From a virus (taxonomy: Duplodnaviria; Caudoviricetes), in the IMG/VR virus record IMGVR_UViG_3300035182_000325, positions 1-57,305 of that record: DNA of 57,305 nucleotides; one strand, given 5' to 3'. The translations under genes were made by a program, and so were the position numbers. Below are positions 18,284-27,777 of the stretch, in pieces. How positions within the stretch are numbered: the stretch's first letter is position 1; each line of letters opens with the position of its first letter. Below the pieces are notes generated by a model that saw nothing but the letters and a program-made list of their open reading frames with translations, did no database searches and was not told the origin of the DNA.

Positions 18284-20799
18284 GCTACATACGCCTGTGC
18301 GTTAGTTTTGTCAGTTCCAGTAAGAGCCGTTCTTGCTGCAAGATATCTATCGTCTCCATCGGTTTTCGTTCTTCGGAATCTGGTATCTACTACCGATTCG
18401 TTTTGAACATCGTACCCAGGTGCGTACTTATCAGCAGAGGTTGATCCAATATTTACCAATGATGGAGCGTTCCAATAGTCTTGGAGTAATCGGGAGTATG
18501 GGTTTCCATGCTTGCCGACGCTGAGTGTTTTGGCGTTTCCGGCTGCATCGTTTGCCGATGCAACCTTTCCAGGCACGAACGAGCCGTTGGCAGCGATGCC
18601 GCCACCGTTGTTTATGCACCAATCTTGAGCGTACGGACAGCGAGCCGCAAACATAGTCGAAACAGTTCCGTTGATAATCCCGGAAGCTACCGCCACCGCC
18701 GTTCCATCAGAACACATGATGTAAAAATCGCGATTCGTATTCGAGCTACCCGGACCACACTGATCGAATAGCGGGTAATAAGTCTTTCCGCTCGTTGTGA
18801 CTGCGAACCCTGCAATTGCGCCGGAATTAGGGAATGATGCCCCGGCCTTGTCAAGCAATTCCGTACTGACTTGCAGAACCGTACCGACGCTAGGCATTGT
18901 ATTGATCGATGCTGATCCGCCGATCGGTGTTACCGTAGTGACGATATTCGTACCGGATCGCACAATGTCAATTCTGTGCCACGTAGCAGCAACAAATGCC
19001 CCAAGCGTATTAACACTAACTCCGTTCCATACAACCTCTAACGCGCCGGCAGTACCGCCGCCTCCGTTTGAGTTCGCCATGATCGAAAAGCGGTTAGCAG
19101 TGGCCGATGTCCATTGGGTTAAAACCCACTGGCGAGTGGTGTTGTTAGCCAGATGATAGTAATAAAGCGTTGCCGAAAAATCCGCCGTCGATGGAAGAAT
19201 AGGGGTTCCGAGATTAACGCTTGCCGAAACGCCGTCACCAGTAATGCAAGGTACTTCCATCACACCTGGAAGCATGATCGGACCTGCGAAACCAAGAGTA
19301 TTACCAGTACAATCAAGCGTAGGTGACGCTTCGTTGCGCGGAATGACAATACTTGACAGGAATGCAGTCGTCGAAGCGTTAGCACTGTATGGCAATGCCG
19401 TCGATGTTCTTGTAATAGTAGGGGAAGCTACACGTATCGTTTTGCTCGTACCTACATAGCCAGGACTCCAAACAGTGCTATTAGTTCCAAGCATCGCTAT
19501 CGACGCATTTCCAGCGGAGGATGCTGGACGACTGTATGTCATTATTAACCGATACCAGCCAGAGCCGATGCTTGATACAGATGTAGCCAGGATTTTCCAT
19601 GTTGTTCCAAGTGATGTAGTATTACCAAGTAGCCCTGTGGACAGGTCAATGTTTACACCTACACCGTTTGAAGCCGCATCCGATACCATAATTCGAGCAA
19701 GACTTGCAGTGCCTGCCTTTAGATATGCAGAGGCTGTGTAGGTGTCAGCCACGTCGCCTGCCGCAGTACTGCATGATATTGCACGGAACGCGCTAGCGGT
19801 ATCCTCAGTAATCACAAAGCCAGTTGCTCCTACTACACCGGATGGTAAATCAGAATTATCTAGCGTTGCTGTTAGATCCGTCTTTATCCATGTTGCTGAG
19901 GTAAGATCATTCGTGATCGCTAATAGGTTGTTGCCGTATGATGTATTACCTAGCTCGTTAGGGCCACTGTAATTAACGGATGTATCCGCTGCGTGAAACG
20001 TAGCCGCTGTGATGTTGGTTAGCGTTAAATGGTTTCCGTTGCCTGACCAATCGTATCCTATGGTCCCGGCTTCTTCCGAACAGTAGTAACCACCGACAAG
20101 TCCAGTACGATCATGAGCAATTACTTGAGCGTATGTTTTAATTCCAGTGTAAAAGCTCATATCCCAGGCTTTGATGCCAGTATAGGATACTCCGGTTGTT
20201 CTTCGACCAATGTTGAACGGGCCGGTATTGGTAGGTTGCAGATAACTTCCAGCAGTTGTATAGGGAACTTGCAGAACACCGTCGATATACAATTGGAAAC
20301 GAGCAAGCCCTGTAAGTGCCGTATTGTGGACAGCTAGATAGTGCTTAGCTGTTGAATAGTTTACTGTGAATTGTGCCCATCCAGTCGCGTTGCCTATCAA
20401 AAGTACGGTAGAACTGTTCACCCAAAGTAAAAAGCTAGAAGCACCGTTTGCCGACATGAAATAACCAGCGACGGTGAAGTCTTTCATGTAAAGACCGATT
20501 GAAAAATCACCGGCTAGAATCGCCGCTAAGTTGTTGTTTACTGCGTAATCGTCAACTCCGTCAAACAACCAGCATCGACCAGAGCGAGGCTGGGCTAGTA
20601 TTCCTGGAATGCTAGTGAGGACTGGAAGAGCTGCAACTTGGGAAACGTTATACGACAATGGAGAACTAAGGTTCTGGAGGGAGTTAGAACCTAACGATGC
20701 TGGAGTCCAAGGTGGAGCTACGATACTACCATAAGTATCTGTAGCATTAACCCGAGTATTGGACCGAGTATTCGATCTAGTATTAATTCTAGTTGCCAT
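18280..20799 (-). CDS. Fibre/spike protein with two LamG (concanavalin A-like) domains and a central carbohydrate-binding-like domain
   Basis: FDGVDDY...LYIDG...FNIG, DWSGNGNHLTL, central TYTASAYLKAG...GWYR, second GDG...WHRI unit; Ser/Thr/Gly/Ala rich. Confidence 0.7.
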   Translation of the reverse strand: MATRINTRSNTRSNTRVNATDTYGSIVAPPWTPASLGSNSLQNLSSPLSYNVSQVAALPVLTSIPGILAQPRSGRCWLFDGVDDYAVNNNLAAILAGDFSIGLYMKDFTVAGYFMSANGASSFLLWVNSSTVLLIGNATGWAQFTVNYSTAKHYLAVHNTALTGLARFQLYIDGVLQVPYTTAGSYLQPTNTGPFNIGRRTTGVSYTGIKAWDMSFYTGIKTYAQVIAHDRTGLVGGYYCSEEAGTIGYDWSGNGNHLTLTNITAATFHAADTSVNYSGPNELGNTSYGNNLLAITNDLTSATWIKTDLTATLDNSDLPSGVVGATGFVITEDTASAFRAISCSTAAGDVADTYTASAYLKAGTASLARIMVSDAASNGVGVNIDLSTGLLGNTTSLGTTWKILATSVSSIGSGWYRLIMTYSRPASSAGNASIAMLGTNSTVWSPGYVGTSKTIRVASPTITRTSTALPYSANASTTAFLSSIVIPRNEASPTLDCTGNTLGFAGPIMLPGVMEVPCITGDGVSASVNLGTPILPSTADFSATLYYYHLANNTTRQWVLTQWTSATANRFSIMANSNGGGGTAGALEVVWNGVSVNTLGAFVAATWHRIDIVRSGTNIVTTVTPIGGSASINTMPSVGTVLQVSTELLDKAGASFPNSGAIAGFAVTTSGKTYYPLFDQCGPGSSNTNRDFYIMCSDGTAVAVASGIINGTVSTMFAARCPYAQDWCINNGGGIAANGSFVPGKVASANDAAGNAKTLSVGKHGNPYSRLLQDYWNAPSLVNIGSTSADKYAPGYDVQNESVVDTRFRRTKTDGDDRYLAARTALTGTDKTNAQAYVA

Positions 20800-20806
20800 G
20801 TTACTA

Positions 20807-21103
20807 CTATTGGTATAGCGGATAGATAGTTATGGAAATAGTGCCAGCAATACCAGCAATATTGAAGTCAATATCTCCACCACCAGAAATATCAAAATCA
20901 GTATTTACTGTTGTTGATACCGCTGAGACTGGAGCAGGAATATTTACAGCAGAAGGTTGTGAGGTAGGGCTAGGATAGTATCTCGGAGTCACCGTTCCAG
21001 CAGCCCCTCCTCCGAAGTTAACTGAAACTTTATTCCAACCATCTCGGAGCTTATACTTAGCTGTAGCTCCGTTTACGGTAACATCGAAAGAAGTAGCTGC
21101 CAT
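20807..21103 (-). CDS. Small beta-rich virion protein
   Basis: 98 aa, Gly/Thr/Val rich, adjacent to the fibre gene. Confidence 0.5.
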   Translation of the reverse strand: MAATSFDVTVNGATAKYKLRDGWNKVSVNFGGGAAGTVTPRYYPSPTSQPSAVNIPAPVSAVSTTVNTDFDISGGGDIDFNIAGIAGTISITIYPLYQ

Positions 21104-21105
21104 AT

Positions 21106-21495
21106 TTAATTTCCCGAGTTGATGGTATCTATCTTTTGCTCAGAAGAGAAAACCCGAGCTTTAATCTCAGCCCTTTCTCTATCTGATATTTCCATTCTGG
21201 CTTTCAAAGCAGCCCTATCTTGTTTGCAATCTGATATCTCTTTCCATTGAGCATCGCAAACATCTTCGAGTTCTTTGTATTTAGTATTGAAGGTTTTTTC
21301 AATTTCTTTATAGTCATTTTTGAGCATTCCTAATTCACTCTTAAGAGTCTCGATTGTTTGTTGGTATTGACCTTGAATCATTCGAGCTAGTGTCACTATT
21401 CCACCAATGGCTCCACTTAGAGCAGCCAATGTTGAAGTAATTATCCAAGCAGGCCAACCACCATCTCCTACCGGCATTTCTGGCATCATCCACAT
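21106..21495 (-). CDS. Membrane-anchored coiled-coil protein (holin-like)
   Basis: Hydrophobic WIITSTLAALSGAIGGIVTLA followed by a charged coiled coil. Confidence 0.5.
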   Translation of the reverse strand: MWMMPEMPVGDGGWPAWIITSTLAALSGAIGGIVTLARMIQGQYQQTIETLKSELGMLKNDYKEIEKTFNTKYKELEDVCDAQWKEISDCKQDRAALKARMEISDRERAEIKARVFSSEQKIDTINSGN

Positions 21496-21512
21496 CCCTA
21501 CAAGCGAAAAGA

Positions 21513-22478
21513 CTAACTCCAGATGCTTTGCTTAGACCAGTCGAATACCTTAGGTTGAGCAGGGTATCCTTCAAAGGAACTAAACGCATACACTTCGGAG
21601 TACTGCGATTGACATTCGTTGTGGACTAAATCCAAAGGAAGCCACAATCCTCCCTTAGCACCACCACCTGGATCAGTACCATATACGTCGGCACCCCATT
21701 GATTCATCTCATAGATGAGTTCACCTAGGTCTGGATGATTCCAATAACCGACCCAGCCCTCTTGGTGTCCACCTCTACCGTTATATGAGCCTATCAATGC
21801 TCCATGTTTAACTGTAGCAGTCCCAGGATTAGCAAACTTACCAAAAGCCCGAGTACACCCATAACCATTAACAATAGCGTCTCGAACTTGAGGTCCACTA
21901 TTAACAGGAGCACTGGAGAACTTATGAGGTTTAGCTTCATTGCGTAGAGCTTGACTAGCATGATTACCATCAGACCAAATAAGTTCTTGACTCTTACCAA
22001 TGGTTAGCTGATCGGCAACTTTGAAGTCTGGGAGTCCAAGAGTCTTATCCCAAAACAAGCTACCATCTTCAGAAGCACTCTTAGCAAAGGTAGCTCCCAT
22101 TGAGCCCTCACCTTGACCACGCATCCCAGCTAATAGCCGAGACCGACCATAGTTGTAAGCCCAAGCAATGAGCCCTATACGCTCTGGCTGACCTCGAAGG
22201 AGAGCATCAAGGATATTCGTAGTCTGGAGGATGTTGCCCCCACCTACACCCACGCACGAACCCGAAAATTGATGCCAACCTAAGAACGCGAATCCAAGCT
22301 GTTCTACAGTGTCAGGATGCTTCCAGTAGTCAGTGAGGAGAATCTTAGTCCCTACTGGAGGAACTTCCCCTACCAAACCAAAGGCAGGCATCTTCGCTAC
22401 AGCAGCATTGTGGATCTCATTTTGTTCATCGGTTCGTTCCTCGAAAGGAACCCAACCTAATAATTGAGTATAGTCCAT
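21513..22478 (-). CDS. Papain-like (C1 family) cysteine peptidase
   Basis: Q..GSCVG (oxyanion Gln and catalytic Cys), GGH (His), MNQWG (NSWG-like), GLWLP. Confidence 0.75.
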   Translation of the reverse strand: MDYTQLLGWVPFEERTDEQNEIHNAAVAKMPAFGLVGEVPPVGTKILLTDYWKHPDTVEQLGFAFLGWHQFSGSCVGVGGGNILQTTNILDALLRGQPERIGLIAWAYNYGRSRLLAGMRGQGEGSMGATFAKSASEDGSLFWDKTLGLPDFKVADQLTIGKSQELIWSDGNHASQALRNEAKPHKFSSAPVNSGPQVRDAIVNGYGCTRAFGKFANPGTATVKHGALIGSYNGRGGHQEGWVGYWNHPDLGELIYEMNQWGADVYGTDPGGGAKGGLWLPLDLVHNECQSQYSEVYAFSSFEGYPAQPKVFDWSKQSIWS

Positions 22479-22480
22479 TA

Positions 22481-23197
22481 CTACTTCCCTTCAAAACCAG
22501 TAGCGACTTGGAGCATAATAAGGTCTGCGTTCTGAGGGAGAACTGCGTCACCTAGGAGAGGTTGAAGAACCTTACCCATAGACATTTTGAAATTGGTACG
22601 AGTAGCTAGGTCTAGGACATTACCTCTAGCCCCTAGTTCTAACATCGTCTTGATCTTCCCTGCTTTAATCTCTTGGGCTATGGTTCTCATATCATTAGCC
22701 ATAGCTGTAGTAAAGACATTGAAGATTTTATTAGATTCAAGTGACAATCCATTCAGAATATCATCAGGTATTACCGGATCGACTGGTCCTACTGGAGGGG
22801 GAGTAGAAGGATTGTAATCAACGATCCACTCATCATCGATGAATCCCTTTTCAGGATCAAATCCATCGTATGCAAATTTGTATTTACCAGCAGTGGCACC
22901 CGAACGGAACCAATAGGTTTCCGAATCAGGAGCTTTCTCCACAGCAATCTTCTCCCCCAGAGGAATACGCTCTACCTTTAATCGATAGAACTTATAGGGT
23001 ATTGCGGCATCAAATGCGTATTTGGTGGAGAGTTTCACTACAGGCTTGGAGTCTGGTCCCGTAGTTAGTTCTCCATTGCTCCCAAGTACCGGATTATCAA
23101 AGCCAGTCCATACTTGAGTTTTTAATTCAGTCATTTTGAGTTGAGCATAAGCAGGGCTTATGATTAACATCAGGAGGATTAAGATCAAGTTTTTCAT
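22481..23197 (-). CDS. Secreted protein with signal peptide and Pro-rich linker
   Basis: MKNLILILLMLIISPAYA signal; PSTPPPVGPVDPVIP linker. Confidence 0.6.
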   Translation of the reverse strand: MKNLILILLMLIISPAYAQLKMTELKTQVWTGFDNPVLGSNGELTTGPDSKPVVKLSTKYAFDAAIPYKFYRLKVERIPLGEKIAVEKAPDSETYWFRSGATAGKYKFAYDGFDPEKGFIDDEWIVDYNPSTPPPVGPVDPVIPDDILNGLSLESNKIFNVFTTAMANDMRTIAQEIKAGKIKTMLELGARGNVLDLATRTNFKMSMGKVLQPLLGDAVLPQNADLIMLQVATGFEGK

Positions 23198-23247
23198 TAT
23201 TCGTCTTTCGTCAAGAGAACAGGAAGGGGAAGGAGTTAAGTACAGAC

Positions 23248-24210
23248 CTAAGCAGCTAGATCGTAGAAGTACCCTGAGAGGTTATCGATACTCACATAGG
23301 GTTCTGTATTAACAGAATCCATTGGAGTGTTTCCAGCGAAGAGTTTAATTAATTCGAGGATGATCGGTAGAACAGTCTTAAAGAAGTCTTTAAGCTTACT
23401 CCAATCTACAGCCCCAGTAGCATTGGCCAATCCTTGCTCTGCTGCTGCTTCCTGAAGTGCTGCTTCTAAGTGCTGAGCAACCTCAGGGAATCGAGAAGCA
23501 ATACTGATCTTAAGGTATTCTGCTGCTGAGATATCACCATTGTCTCTAGCTTCTTTTGCAGCAGCCATTAAAGATTTGCGGAAATTATTACCTTGAAAGA
23601 TTCCTTCAGATGGAGGAGCAGCAAAGGAAGCTTGGCTATTGATTTCAGCTTCAGCTTTCTTAAACTTATAGCAAGGGCAATTCTCACAAGTACAACCTGA
23701 AGTCTTAGCAACTGGGGGAGCAACACTGTACGTAGGTCCGATGGAGGTAATAACATCACCGTACCTATCCCTACTGCCTACTCCAAAGCTTCCCCCTCCA
23801 GAAGAACCGAAGGACTTCATTGCTGAACCTGCTGATCCAAACGAAGCACTAGAACGAGCAGGGTAATTGGCTTTAGTAGAAGGGTTAATAGGCATAGCCT
23901 TACCTTCATGAAGGGCATCATGAAGATTCAACTTTTCCCGCCAACTCAGACCAGCAGTAGATACTCCATGAGTACCTTCTAGGTGTGCATCAATGTTACC
24001 TGGATAACTCCAATGTCCTGGAGCATTAGCAGTAGCTGTGTAGGCTTGAACTGGAGCAGCAGAAGTAGGGCATACCCCACCTGGACAAGATGAACCTACT
24101 TGTTTTGTCTGATTCCACCAAGCATTTGGAAACAATTGAGCACTAGCTACCGATGGTAGTAGGGCACATACAAGACAGACCAGAAAACGAATCATAATCA
24201 GAAACCTCAT
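23248..24210 (-). CDS. Secreted multidomain protein (CPGGVCP motif, His-rich domain, amphipathic C-terminal helix)
   Basis: Signal peptide ending VASA; CPGGVCP; HL..THG...LHD.LH; CTCENCPC; DWSKLKDFFKTVLPIILELIKLF. Confidence 0.6.
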   Translation of the reverse strand: MRFLIMIRFLVCLVCALLPSVASAQLFPNAWWNQTKQVGSSCPGGVCPTSAAPVQAYTATANAPGHWSYPGNIDAHLEGTHGVSTAGLSWREKLNLHDALHEGKAMPINPSTKANYPARSSASFGSAGSAMKSFGSSGGGSFGVGSRDRYGDVITSIGPTYSVAPPVAKTSGCTCENCPCYKFKKAEAEINSQASFAAPPSEGIFQGNNFRKSLMAAAKEARDNGDISAAEYLKISIASRFPEVAQHLEAALQEAAAEQGLANATGAVDWSKLKDFFKTVLPIILELIKLFAGNTPMDSVNTEPYVSIDNLSGYFYDLAA

Positions 24211-24226
24211 TGGATCGGGAGAAAGA

Positions 24227-24251
24227 GGGTCTAGCCACGCCGGCTAGACCC
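24227..24251 (-). terminator. Hairpin after the major capsid gene
   Basis: 10-bp perfect stem GGGTCTAGCC/GGCTAGACCC followed by TCTTTCT on the minus strand. Confidence 0.65.
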
Positions 24252-24276
24252 GAGAACTTATATCAAAGCTCAACCG

Positions 24277-25437
24277 TTATGGGAGAACTGTTGCTACGTT
24301 GACTGCCCGAGGCAGGAAGAGACAAGGGATACCATTATCAACTGCTGTAACGTCGAAGCGTCCAGGGTTAATTGCAGGAGTACGCCATACTCCAAAGCCG
24401 GTGACTTCCTTAGGAGCCATATCCATGACAGTTTCACGAACTGGTTCACATCCTTGAGCATAACCACACCAAATTCCATCCACTGGAGGAAGAATGATTG
24501 CAGTCTTAGGTGGAACCAACTGAGTGAAGTTGGCCAAAAGAATTTGGTTCGATTCGTTTGGAACCAATTCATCCAAATTAAGACCATCGTTGATAACGTG
24601 GAAAGTAATCCAAGGAAGACCACCAAACACGATAGAGAACATTGCTGAACTCTTAGCATCTGACTCAGTAAGAGGCTTCTTGCTGAACGTATCAAAAATA
24701 CGATTAGCAGTACCACGAACTTTCGAAAGCCCAGTGTTATTAAACAGAGGAGCAATAACTCCACTGTCACACATAACGTCACTAGGGGAGTATCCGCTGG
24801 TACGAGCCATACGCTGAGCAAGTGCTAGGAACTGTGAAACAATATCAGCAGCAGGGTCATTCCAAAGGGTAGCAATCAAACCGTTTAGGTTACCCTTGTT
24901 TTCTGCTGGAATCTGATAATCGTTGACAATGGTAGCAGCACCATCAGTAGCTTCACAGAAACGGTACTGATCCCCAGCAGCAGGTTTCAAACCGAATCCA
25001 CCAAGCAACATACGAGAGACCATAAATTCCCGAGTATTGCGGAACATAGTACTCAAGTGATTCAACTGAAGGGCAATGTACTTCTGCCCTTGAGCATCAA
25101 CTTCGCCGAGGCTTCCACCGATAGGACGCGATTGGAATACCTTCTCATCATAGATGGTAATCGATCCAATGGTACGAACCATTGTAACCGAGACCATACC
25201 AGTAGGCTTCAAACCTAAGCGAGGTGCTGGAGCCATAGGAGCAGAAGCAGGAGCCATTGTACGAGTATTCGAATACGTATCGTATCCAAACATACGCATT
25301 TTTGAAGTAATGGCAGGAGCATCTTTAATGCCCATCTTCATGAAGCGTTGGAAGAAGGTTGACGATTCATTGAGTTTCGCAACAGCCCGAACTACCTGAG
25401 TAGGCTTCATTAGCTGTTCGTAGGATACACCCGGCAT
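24277..25437 (-). CDS. Major capsid protein (lambda gpE-like, HK97 fold)
   Basis: REFMVSRMLLGG, NDYQIP and WNDPAADIV; follows the decoration gene and precedes a terminator. Confidence 0.8.
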   Translation of the reverse strand: MPGVSYEQLMKPTQVVRAVAKLNESSTFFQRFMKMGIKDAPAITSKMRMFGYDTYSNTRTMAPASAPMAPAPRLGLKPTGMVSVTMVRTIGSITIYDEKVFQSRPIGGSLGEVDAQGQKYIALQLNHLSTMFRNTREFMVSRMLLGGFGLKPAAGDQYRFCEATDGAATIVNDYQIPAENKGNLNGLIATLWNDPAADIVSQFLALAQRMARTSGYSPSDVMCDSGVIAPLFNNTGLSKVRGTANRIFDTFSKKPLTESDAKSSAMFSIVFGGLPWITFHVINDGLNLDELVPNESNQILLANFTQLVPPKTAIILPPVDGIWCGYAQGCEPVRETVMDMAPKEVTGFGVWRTPAINPGRFDVTAVDNGIPCLFLPRAVNVATVLP

Positions 25438-25539
25438 AGTAAATAATCCTTACAGTTGAGAAAATTTTTAGTAATGTAAAAGTCTCCCCCCACTGGACGA
25501 AACAGCAGAGGGAGACCACTCCAACCCCAACCCTAAAGA

Positions 25540-26373
25540 TTAGGTTACGATAGTCTGGGTCTGGGTTTCCCAAAGTGTTGGGAGAACGATCCAACCCGTA
25601 CCATCACCGATAACATCAAAAGCACCACCGATCTTTTCACTTGCAGTTGACAATGAAACACTGTCAGCATTCAAGTCATTCAAAACTACCATCGTATCTG
25701 CTGTACCAGCAGTAATGGTTAAGTTCTGATCCGATACGTTAATGATCGGTCCAAAACGACGACCCTTTGAAGGAGTAGCTGGTAGTGTCAAGTTGACAGC
25801 ACCTACCGCACCTCGAATGACAAGAATTTGTCCAGCGTGAGCAACACCTAAAGTTGCAGAGGCAGCTAGAATTGTGATTCCGCGACCTGAACCACCACTT
25901 TGACCACCCTGAAGATCGTCGTCCAATTGGAAGAATCGATTCAATTGAGCACGAATATTGAACTCTTCAGCAGTACCGACAATGCCTGAAGTAGTAAGTG
26001 CTGCTTGGGTAAGAGCCCGAGCATACACACCACCAGTAACTAGAAGCGTACCGCTGAATCGATCAGCATTCGAACCCATGAACTGCATAACAAGTTCATG
26101 AACCAGAACACCACCGATAATCTGGCTACCATCAGTTGCCGTTGGGTCCCACTGTTTGAACTTGCCAGTGGCAGTAATTTTGCCCATTAGCAAGTTCGGA
26201 CGTAGTACAGTGACAAAACCAGTGTTACCAGCATCCCGAGAAGCACCATCAATTTGAACAGGAAGAAAGCGAAGTTGTGAGGCTTCACTCCACGTTAAAC
26301 CAGTTGCTGCTACCACTTGTTCGATTTCAGTTCGAACTCCTGGAATCATCTGGTAACCACTAAAGTCGTACAT
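25540..26373 (-). CDS. Head decoration protein (lambda gpD-like) with an extra C-terminal domain
   Basis: LMGKITATGKFKQWDPTATDGSQIIGGVL; Gly linker then a LTLPA...DGTGW domain. Confidence 0.75.
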   Translation of the reverse strand: MYDFSGYQMIPGVRTEIEQVVAATGLTWSEASQLRFLPVQIDGASRDAGNTGFVTVLRPNLLMGKITATGKFKQWDPTATDGSQIIGGVLVHELVMQFMGSNADRFSGTLLVTGGVYARALTQAALTTSGIVGTAEEFNIRAQLNRFFQLDDDLQGGQSGGSGRGITILAASATLGVAHAGQILVIRGAVGAVNLTLPATPSKGRRFGPIINVSDQNLTITAGTADTMVVLNDLNADSVSLSTASEKIGGAFDVIGDGTGWIVLPTLWETQTQTIVT

Positions 26374-26439
26374 TTGATAACTACCTATCTTAAATTATGG
26401 ATTTTGAAAGAGAGAACGCTTGGAGTTGTAGGTAGTTAC

Positions 26440-27693
26440 CTAGATCAGACTGACCATTGCCTCAGCAATCTTGTCACCTTCTTCATCACTCAGTTCAGCA
26501 TCATCGTTGTCGATGAAGCTACCATAGGTGAATGCTTCAGATTTTGGAGGAGCCTTAGCAGGCATGGCTTGAAGTGACATAATGATCGCTTCTACAGGCT
26601 GAGTGCGAACATTCTGTCCATCGAATTCCAGGACATAATTATCAGCTTTCGGATACAATTCCGTATCAGCAAAAGCCTTAGGACATTGACCCTTCTCAAC
26701 GAGACTGTTAATACGTTCTCGGAGACCTTGACGCTTCTGATCCTGAAGATGATTAGCCATTGCAGACATAACCAACTGATCCTGGGTAGGACCTTTTTGT
26801 TCTTGTTTTACAGCACCCAATTCCGCAGCCGTAAATGGCTTGCCAGTATCAGGATTGATGGTCTTGGTAAGTGCTGCTAACTGGGTTTGAGTAAAGCTAC
26901 TCATAACGATAGGCTCCGTTCTAAAAGGTGTCGATTCTGGACCATCATCATCTGACTCTTTCTTGCTCATCAGTTTCAACTGATTGAGTGCAACAGTCAG
27001 ATTCGAAACTAAACTTGCCGCAGTTGTTGAAGCAGGCAAATAAATTCCGGCTACTTCTGCAAGTAATCCAGAAAGTTCGGTAAAGCTAACATCAGTTTCA
27101 GGTAGATCGTTTGGATCAGCCTCATACTCTGACATAGCAATGTATACGTCATTTGGATCAGGGAGAACTTCAAAGTTCTTCTGTCCAGGCTCAATTGGAT
27201 GAGTCACTAGAGCAACGTGCATAAGCACATTCTCAAGCATCTCTCCAGTTTCGTCAGTCATTTCATAGGTTGGACGCATGTAGATCGATACGTCTTGGAC
27301 TGAAGAACCTACTTTACTGGCAGGAGAGTCAGTATCGGCAACTGATCCAGGAACCTCAATTTCACCGTAAAGGACTTTCTTACCTTTCTCATTGATCTTG
27401 GTGAACATCTTATCCCAGAATCCAGCGTTCTTACTGGAGTCTTCTAGGAGTCCTCCATCACCTTCAGTAATTTTGGTGAAGGTGGTAATCCCGAAGTCAT
27501 GCTTCCAAGGAGCAGGAACTTTGAGACCCTTGCTTCGCATCTTATCAAAGGTTGCAACTGCTTTATCAATGTCTTCAGCAGTCAACTCTTTGAGTGTCTT
27601 CTTCCCATTTCGGTCGAAGGTACGATACTTACCTTCGGTTACGATTTCTTTGGTGAAGCGAGTTGTAACAGGTTTTTTAGTAGTCTTTGTCAC
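26440..27693 (-). CDS. Capsid maturation protease/scaffold, Mu gpI-like
   Basis: PWKH, AGFW, DVSIY and LMHVALVTHP motifs; acidic helical C-terminal scaffold. Confidence 0.7.
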   Translation of the reverse strand: MTKTTKKPVTTRFTKEIVTEGKYRTFDRNGKKTLKELTAEDIDKAVATFDKMRSKGLKVPAPWKHDFGITTFTKITEGDGGLLEDSSKNAGFWDKMFTKINEKGKKVLYGEIEVPGSVADTDSPASKVGSSVQDVSIYMRPTYEMTDETGEMLENVLMHVALVTHPIEPGQKNFEVLPDPNDVYIAMSEYEADPNDLPETDVSFTELSGLLAEVAGIYLPASTTAASLVSNLTVALNQLKLMSKKESDDDGPESTPFRTEPIVMSSFTQTQLAALTKTINPDTGKPFTAAELGAVKQEQKGPTQDQLVMSAMANHLQDQKRQGLRERINSLVEKGQCPKAFADTELYPKADNYVLEFDGQNVRTQPVEAIIMSLQAMPAKAPPKSEAFTYGSFIDNDDAELSDEEGDKIAEAMVSLI

Positions 27694-27777
27694 TTAAGGG
27701 GTCTCCTATTACGCTCAACTCTAGAGCACGTAATAGGAATGTCAATATTAACCCTATTGCTAAATTGAATATCTTTT

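Noticed and set aside
5832-20799. Diversity-generating retroelement acting on fibre genes
   Set aside because: No reverse transcriptase and no template/variable repeat pair noticed.
9002-27693. Mu-like transposable prophage
   Set aside because: Only head and neck genes are Mu-like; there is no transposase, no host DNA flanks, and the phage has its own replisome.
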